Shown piece by piece: positions 57,824-64,000 of a stretch of 64,000 nt of DNA. How positions within the stretch are numbered: the stretch's first letter is position 1; each line of letters starts with the position of its first letter. Below the pieces are notes generated by a model. That model saw only the letters and a list, made by a program, of their open reading frames with translations. It did no database searches and had not been told where the DNA came from. Source of the stretch: Acidimicrobiia bacterium (GTDB lineage: Bacteria; Actinomycetota; Acidimicrobiia; Spongiisociales; Spongiisociaceae); NCBI GenBank assembly GCA_022827785.1, contig JAJEIM010000042.1, positions 2,924 to 66,923 of the forward strand, given 5' to 3'. Position numbers and translations under genes: made by a program.

Positions 57824-59143
57824 TCAGGATATAACGATCCGTTCGGCGGTGGAACCACTCCCCGATCGGTCGACGATCCACAGGTCGGCCACGTTGGTTC
57901 CCGTCCTGCCGGTCCGGAGCAGGCCTCCCGCCTCCTTCAGATACGGGTAGGAATCGCAGGCGTCCAGGTGGCGCCGGGCCAGTTCCGGATCGGTGACCGT
58001 GGCGCCGTCCACGCAACCACCGGCCGCATCGGTCGGGCCGTCCACGCCGTCGGTTCCGAACGCCAGGAACCGGTGGTCGGTACCGGCGATCTCGATACCG
58101 GCGGTGACGGCGGCGTGCTGGTTGCGACCGCCCCTGCCCCTCCCGCTCACCTCCACGGTGGTTTCTCCGGCCAGGACCCGAACGGTGCCCTCCGGCGTGG
58201 CGGCCAGCTCCCTCAGGACGGCGTCGACGGCCTCTCCGGCCAGCTGCTCGGGGGCCGGCGACACGTCCGGGCCCGTTGAGGACAGGAACCGGACCGCCGC
58301 CCGCCCCGCGGTCATCCCGTCAGCCAGGATCAGGGCGAGATCGTTCCCCGTCCCATGCCTGGCATTCGAGACCTCGACCCCGGTGGCAGCGACACGCCGG
58401 ACCCGATCCGCCGCTCCACCCCGGATGGAGTACCGGTCGAGTATCTCGCCCAGGGGGGCGGGGTTGCGTGGTGCCGTGACGGTAGGGCCGGAAGCCACCA
58501 CCGCCGGGTCGTTGCCCACGTCGGAGACCACCAGCGTGACGACCGGGCTCCGGCAGCGGGCCGCCAACCGTCCGGCCTTCACTCGCGACACCGCCTGGCG
58601 GACCTCGTTGATCGTCTCGATGGGGGCGCCGGAGTGGATCAACTGGTCGTTCAGGTCCTGGACGTCGTCGAGGCTGAGACCCTCGGCCGGCGCCTCCAGC
58701 AGGGCCGACCCGCCGCCGGACACGAGCGCCAGCAGGAGTTCACCCCGCTCCACGTTCCTGGCAAGGTCGATGGCGCGCTCGGCCGCCCAGACGCTCCCCT
58801 CATCGGGGACCGGGTGACCCCCCACCGCCAGTTCCGCCCAATCGGGCGCGTGACCGGCCCGGTCGGTCGCCACCAAGCCCCGCGATACCAGCGGTCCCAG
58901 GGCGTCCGCCGCGCCGAGGCTCATGCCGGTGGCCGCCTTGCCGAAAGCCAGTACGGCCACCCGCCGTGCCGCGATGAAATGCCCTCCGGCGAGGACCCCG
59001 CCCTCCGTGGGAACGAGCGTGGAGCGCACCAGCCGCCGGGGATCCACCTCCTCCAATGCCGCGTCGACGGCGCCGAGCAGGCGGCCCGTGGCTCGAGGAT
59101 TGACCGCGCGGAGATCGCCGAGCCGGTCACCCGCAAGTCCCAT
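57824..59143 (-). CDS. Glycerate 2-kinase (MOFRL family)
   Basis: MOFRL/DUF4147 architecture. 439 aa. Overlaps the upstream PIG-L gene stop. Confidence 0.8.
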   Translation of the reverse strand: MGLAGDRLGDLRAVNPRATGRLLGAVDAALEEVDPRRLVRSTLVPTEGGVLAGGHFIAARRVAVLAFGKAATGMSLGAADALGPLVSRGLVATDRAGHAPDWAELAVGGHPVPDEGSVWAAERAIDLARNVERGELLLALVSGGGSALLEAPAEGLSLDDVQDLNDQLIHSGAPIETINEVRQAVSRVKAGRLAARCRSPVVTLVVSDVGNDPAVVASGPTVTAPRNPAPLGEILDRYSIRGGAADRVRRVAATGVEVSNARHGTGNDLALILADGMTAGRAAVRFLSSTGPDVSPAPEQLAGEAVDAVLRELAATPEGTVRVLAGETTVEVSGRGRGGRNQHAAVTAGIEIAGTDHRFLAFGTDGVDGPTDAAGGCVDGATVTDPELARRHLDACDSYPYLKEAGGLLRTGRTGTNVADLWIVDRSGSGSTAERIVIS

Positions 59144-59898
59144 CAGGGTGTGATCCGCTTGAACGCCTCGGCGCGAGGAAGGCCGGCCTCGGTGCCGGTC
59201 ACCCGGGCGCGGTCGTCGATCTTGAGGCGGAATGCCTCTGTCGCCTCCGCCGAGTCACCGGCGCCGTCCATGGTGGTAGTGGTCTGGCTGGAATGCGACA
59301 GCAGAGCGGCCACCTTGTGATCGACGAAACCGGTCAGGTCCTCGTAGTGATCAGGCTCGTCTGCCGCCCACAGCAGCACGGTCCCGGGGCGGTGATGGGT
59401 CAGGCCATCGGCCAGCTGCTCCGGGAAGAAGAGATGGTCCCGCGCAGCCACCACCCCGTCGATGGCAGCCCATCCGGTCGCCCGGTGGTCGGGATGCAGC
59501 ATGTAGCGGCGCCATGGATCGTGGGTGAGGACCACGTCGGGCCGTAGCCGGCGGATCCACAGGCACACCTCGGCGCGCAGTTCCATGGTGTATTCCAGCT
59601 CACCGTCGACATAGGAGAGGTTGAGGGTGCTTCCCACCCCCAGGGCCTCGGCGGCCCGGGTCTGCTCGTTCATTCTCATGCCGACCAGCTCGGACGGGCT
59701 GAGCGAGGGATCCCATGATCCCTTGGAGCCGTCGGTCAGGACCAGGATGGTCGCCTCCGTCCCGGCGGCGGTCCACTTGGCCAGGGTGCCTCCGGCCCCG
59801 AACTCGGCATCGTCGGGATGCGCGCCGATTGCCAGAGCTCGCCTCGGAACCGGCAGGTCGGAGGTCATGCCCTGTTCGGGAACGCGGTAATCGACCAT
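59143..59898 (-). CDS. PIG-L family (LmbE-like) N-acetylglucosaminyl deacetylase
   Basis: AIGAHPDDAEFGAGGTLAKW zinc-binding motif. Confidence 0.8.
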   Translation of the reverse strand: MVDYRVPEQGMTSDLPVPRRALAIGAHPDDAEFGAGGTLAKWTAAGTEATILVLTDGSKGSWDPSLSPSELVGMRMNEQTRAAEALGVGSTLNLSYVDGELEYTMELRAEVCLWIRRLRPDVVLTHDPWRRYMLHPDHRATGWAAIDGVVAARDHLFFPEQLADGLTHHRPGTVLLWAADEPDHYEDLTGFVDHKVAALLSHSSQTTTTMDGAGDSAEATEAFRLKIDDRARVTGTEAGLPRAEAFKRITP

Positions 59899-59969
59899 GG
59901 CCCGAGCCTAGGCCACGCCCGGGGTGGCGGAGCTTCGCACCATCGTGGGTTTCCCACGTAGGGTCGCTG

Positions 59970-59989
59970 GAAAGATAGCACTATCTTTC
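59970..59989. promoter_or_regulatory. 20-bp perfect palindrome GAAAGATAG-ca-CTATCTTTC (operator-like), copy 1
   Basis: Read directly. In a low-GC divergent intergenic region between the PIG-L gene (-) and glpD (+). Confidence 0.6.
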
Positions 59990-60020
59990 GCGAATAAGCT
60001 CGAAAACGGCCGATTCTCGG

Positions 60021-60040
60021 GAAAGATTTCGCTATCTTTC
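60021..60040. promoter_or_regulatory. 20-bp near-palindrome GAAAGATTTCGCTATCTTTC (operator-like), copy 2
   Basis: Shares the 8-bp arms GAAAGAT(A/T)...TATCTTTC with copy 1. 51 bp centre-to-centre spacing. Confidence 0.55.
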
Positions 60041-60260
60041 CTAAGGTGTCGCTCGTCTTGAGGGAACGAGCGGTTGTTCCCCGGGTTCCGAAAGTGCCAC
60101 AAGACGAAACACCAGGGGGAGGGATGGACCAGGGCGAGGCGGTACTACCTGCCCCACTAGCCATCTGGGCGGTGAGTTACTACCTCTGTGTCGGCGAAGG
60201 CAGTACGGCGTGGTGGCGGAGCCCATCCGGTGGCCGGGGGACGAACTATGCCGTGGACGG

Positions 60261-61976
60261 ATGTACGCTCGCACGGTGCGGAACCCCTCCCTCCCGCAGT
60301 CCCCCGTCCCCACCGGGTCCGGCAACGACCTAACCGGGTCCTGGACGCGCGCCGGCTCCCGCCGAGCCTTGCTGGAATCCCGGCTGTTCGACATGGTGGT
60401 TGTCGGCGGGGGCGTGATCGGCGCGGCGGTGGCCAGGGATGCGGCGAGCCGGGGCCTGTCCGTGGCGCTGGTCGAAAAGGGCGACTTCGCAAGCGCAACC
60501 TCGAGCAGGTCCACCAAGCTGTTGCACGGGGGTATCCGCTACCTGCCCCAGATGCGGTTGCAGCTGATCCGCCAGGGACTCCGCGAGCAGGATGTACTGC
60601 GCCGGACGGCCGACTACCTCTACTCCGACCTCGACTTCGTCATACCTCTATTCAGGGGCCGGCGGATCGTGGACCTACCAGGCTGGCTGACGGCCGGACC
60701 GCTGGCTTCCGTCAGCCTCCGGGCGGGACTGTCGCTCTACGACCGGCTGGGCGGGAGGCGGGGATCCGACAGGCATCGAAGGCTGGGTAAGCCGGACCTG
60801 GCCGGTGCCTTCCCCAAGCTGCGCTCTGAATCACTGGTGGGAGGATTCTCCTACCGGGATGCCCAGACCGATGACGCCCGGCTGACCGTTGCGTTCCTCA
60901 AGACGGCAGTCGCGCACCACGGGGCCGTGGCGGTCTCCCGGATGGCGGCCCGGTCGATCGACCGGGCGGGCGGCGAGCTCAGGGTCGGGTTGACGGAAAA
61001 CGGTCCGGAGGGCGATGGCCGACCGGTGGTGCTCCGGGCCAGGACCGTGGTATCGGCCACCTGGGCGTTCGCTCCCCCTCCGCTCGACGGCCGACCTCCG
61101 GACGGGTCCCGGCGCCTGTCCAAGGGGGTTCACCTGGTCTACCGGGCCGAAGACCTTGGCGTCCGGGAGAAGGCGCTGGTGCTCCCCGAGACCGATGACG
61201 GGCGCCTCCTGTTCGTGGTTCCCTGGCGAGGATTGGCCCTGCTCGGGACCACCGACACGCCATACCACCAGGATCCGGACCGGGTCCGCCCCGACGAGGA
61301 CGACGTGGAGTACCTGGAGCGGCATGTGGTCCGTTATCTGGACCACTCCGGGTCTCCGCTGGCGGCCTTCGCCGGCCTACGGACGCTGGCCGGGGAGCGG
61401 ACACCGGTCTCCGCCGCCTCTCGGGAGCACCGGATCGTGGAGAGGGCGCCAGGCGTATTCGCCGTGGTCGGGGGCAAGCTGAGTTCCGCCCGGTTGATCG
61501 GATCGGAGGCGGTGGACCTTGCCTGTGCCCGTCTGCGGATCGACCAGCCATCCCGGACGGCCGGCGAACCGCTCGTCGGTGCGGGTGCGGATGCCCCCCT
61601 CCGTGATCGGCTCCGGACCGGCCTGGCACGCATCCAACTCCCGGAGGAATACGCCGACGATCTGATCGGACGCTACGGGACCGAGGCAGGCGCGGTGCTC
61701 CGCATCCTGGAGCAGCGGCCCGCCTGGCGAGGCCTGATGTCCCCGGCTCGGATCTCGCTGGCAGAGGTCGCCTACACCGCTCTCCACGAATCGGTGGCGT
61801 CGATCGGCGACTTCGCCCTGCGCCGGACCAGGCTCGCGTGGGGCAGTCGCGATCATGGCCGCTCGCATGCCCGGCGGATAGCTTCGACGCTGTCTTCGGT
61901 GCTGGACTGGTCCTCTCACCGGACAACGAAGGAGTTGGCCGATTACGCGGACGAACTCTCCGCCCTCGGCCTCTGA
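60261..61976 (+). CDS. glpD: FAD-dependent glycerol-3-phosphate dehydrogenase
   Basis: DMVVVGGGVIGAAVARDAASRGLSVALVEKGDFASATSSRSTKLLHGGIRYL is the classic GlpD N-terminus. Start uncertain (60210 on the ORF track; ATG 60261 chosen). Confidence 0.85.
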   Translation: MYARTVRNPSLPQSPVPTGSGNDLTGSWTRAGSRRALLESRLFDMVVVGGGVIGAAVARDAASRGLSVALVEKGDFASATSSRSTKLLHGGIRYLPQMRLQLIRQGLREQDVLRRTADYLYSDLDFVIPLFRGRRIVDLPGWLTAGPLASVSLRAGLSLYDRLGGRRGSDRHRRLGKPDLAGAFPKLRSESLVGGFSYRDAQTDDARLTVAFLKTAVAHHGAVAVSRMAARSIDRAGGELRVGLTENGPEGDGRPVVLRARTVVSATWAFAPPPLDGRPPDGSRRLSKGVHLVYRAEDLGVREKALVLPETDDGRLLFVVPWRGLALLGTTDTPYHQDPDRVRPDEDDVEYLERHVVRYLDHSGSPLAAFAGLRTLAGERTPVSAASREHRIVERAPGVFAVVGGKLSSARLIGSEAVDLACARLRIDQPSRTAGEPLVGAGADAPLRDRLRTGLARIQLPEEYADDLIGRYGTEAGAVLRILEQRPAWRGLMSPARISLAEVAYTALHESVASIGDFALRRTRLAWGSRDHGRSHARRIASTLSSVLDWSSHRTTKELADYADELSALGL

Positions 61977-62107
61977 GCCACCCTGCCAAGGGGTCGGACC
62001 TATCCCGCACAACCAGGTCCGGCATACGGAAAGAAACCGGCGAATCCCGGCGGGATGGGCGCTCGCCCGATAAGGTGGGGGACAGCGACCGCAGGAGGTG
62101 AGGTTCG

Positions 62108-62983
62108 GTGTATCCATCCGCGTTCGACTACTCGGCGCCCGGCAGTCTAGAGGAGGCCTTGGCCAGCCTGGCCGAGTTGGGTGATGAGGGCCGGGTCCTC
62201 GCCGGAGGCCAGAGCCTTATCCCCATGATGAAGCTCCGGCTGGCGGCGCCGGGCCATCTCGTAGACATCAACGGCGTCAGCGAACTGGCATGCATCAGCG
62301 AGTCCAACGGCCATCTGGCGATCGGGGCGCTGGCTCGTCACGCCGACGTGGCCTCATCGGAGGCGGTGAGCCGCCACAACCACACCGTGGCCTCCGCCGC
62401 GCCGTGGGTGTCCGATCCGCTGGTGCGGAACCGGGGAACCCTGTGCGGCTCCGTGGCCCACTGCGACCCCGAAGGCGACTGGAACTCGGTGATGCTGGCG
62501 GTGGGCGCCTCCGTGGTGGCCCGCTCATCTTCGGGCGAGCGGGTGATCCCCATCACCGACTTCATAGTTGACTTCTTCACCAACTCGCTCCACCCCGGAG
62601 AGATGGTCACCGAGGTGCGGATCCCCGCGTACCGGGGGCCTGCCGGGGGCGCTTACCTCAAGCTGGAGCGCAAGGTCGGCGACTACGCCACCGTGGGGGT
62701 GGCCACCCATCTCGTTCTCGACGATTCGGGGAACGTGGCGGAGGCGGGCCTGGGCCTGACCGCTGTCTACGGCCACAATCTGAAGGTCACGGAGGCGGAG
62801 GAGATGATGGCCGGGCAGACACCCGGACCGGAACTGTTCGCCGAGGCCGCGGCCATCGCAGCCCGTACCTGCGATCCCGATGACAACGTCCGGGGTCCGG
62901 CCGAGTACAAGCGGGCCGTGGTAGCCGAGTACACCAGGCGCGGGTTCGCCCAAGCGCTGACCCTGGCAAGAGGGGAGGGCTGA
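62108..62983 (+). CDS. Xanthine dehydrogenase-family FAD-binding (medium, CoxM-like) subunit
   Basis: [17 protein letters not shown]-binding motif. 291 aa. Followed by small and large subunits. Confidence 0.8.
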   Translation: MYPSAFDYSAPGSLEEALASLAELGDEGRVLAGGQSLIPMMKLRLAAPGHLVDINGVSELACISESNGHLAIGALARHADVASSEAVSRHNHTVASAAPWVSDPLVRNRGTLCGSVAHCDPEGDWNSVMLAVGASVVARSSSGERVIPITDFIVDFFTNSLHPGEMVTEVRIPAYRGPAGGAYLKLERKVGDYATVGVATHLVLDDSGNVAEAGLGLTAVYGHNLKVTEAEEMMAGQTPGPELFAEAAAIAARTCDPDDNVRGPAEYKRAVVAEYTRRGFAQALTLARGEG

Positions 62984-63444
62984 TGCAGATCACCGTCAAC
63001 ATAAACGGCGCCAGCGAGACCCGGGATGTCGAGCCCAGGCGCCTGCTGGTCGACTTCATCCGTTCGGATGCCGGCCTTACCGGGACCCATATCGGCTGCG
63101 ACACCTCCTCCTGCGGTGCTTGCACCGTCCTTCTCGACGGCCGGCCGGTCAAGTCCTGCACGGTGCTGGCGGTCCAGGCCGACGGCAGCGAGGTGAAGAC
63201 CGTGGAGGGTCTGGCCGAGGGTGGCGAGCTCCATCCGGTCCAGGCGGCCTTCAAGGAGCACCACGGTCTGCAATGCGGGTTCTGCACGCCGGGGATGATG
63301 CTGGTGGGCAGTGCCCTGCTCGAAGAGAATCCGGATCCGAGCGAAGAAGAGGTCCGCTGGGCCATTTCCGGCAACATCTGCCGCTGCACCGGTTACATGA
63401 ACATCGTGACGGCCATCCAGGCCGCGGGCGGAGAGGGGAGCTGA
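62983..63444 (+). CDS. (2Fe-2S)-binding small subunit (CoxS-like)
   Basis: [11 protein letters not shown] and [16 protein letters not shown] cysteine motifs. ATGA-coupled to the medium subunit. Confidence 0.85.
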   Translation: MQITVNINGASETRDVEPRRLLVDFIRSDAGLTGTHIGCDTSSCGACTVLLDGRPVKSCTVLAVQADGSEVKTVEGLAEGGELHPVQAAFKEHHGLQCGFCTPGMMLVGSALLEENPDPSEEEVRWAISGNICRCTGYMNIVTAIQAAGGEGS

Positions 63445-63445
63445 C

Positions 63446-64000
<555 letters not shown>

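Noticed and set aside
60979-62025. 348-aa minus-strand ORF
   Set aside because: Antisense to glpD. Arg/Pro/Gly-rich GC artefact.

Overview
High-GC (about 65-70%) actinobacterial-type chromosomal segment, mostly a conserved housekeeping backbone on the + strand. Order: secD(partial)-secF-apt-rel-MBL hydrolase-hisS-aspS-rarA-alaS-ruvX-mltG-aroE-prepilin peptidase-argS. Several neighbours are translationally coupled through overlapping ATGA/GTGA start-stop junctions. A minus-strand glcDEF (glycolate oxidase) operon follows. Dispersed Fe-S accessory genes come next (Nfu-N domain, IscA/ErpA, ApbC/Mrp, and an IscS-like/MnmA pair). Then come type-II (eukaryote-like) glutamine synthetase, ligA, a dapC/dapE-like pair, gatCAB, pgpA, terC, ilvE, an FAH-family gene and gltX. 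The most unusual part is a lower-GC block of about 8.3 kb (~46.8-55.2 kb) wedged between gltX and a tRNA-Glu/tRNA-Gln/tRNA-Glu cluster. It encodes a NYN-domain nuclease, a class-V aminotransferase, an F420-type Ddn-like nitroreductase, a KshA/Neverland-type Rieske non-heme-iron oxygenase, an unmistakable ERG6-like sterol C-24 methyltransferase, and a cytochrome P450 fused to an N-terminal GPP34/GOLPH3-like domain. Together these look like a candidate acquired sterol/steroid (or triterpenoid) tailoring module. The window ends with an SDR gene, glycerate kinase, a PIG-L deacetylase, glpD behind a pair of 20-bp palindromic operator-like sites, and coxM-coxS-coxL(partial). Three tRNA genes were found that are not on the ORF track. 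A recurring intergenic 11-12-mer (TTTCGCGTTCT) and two inverse-related heptanucleotide tandem arrays upstream of alaS are also noted. Many long ORFs on the track are antisense artefacts of the high GC content and are rejected.
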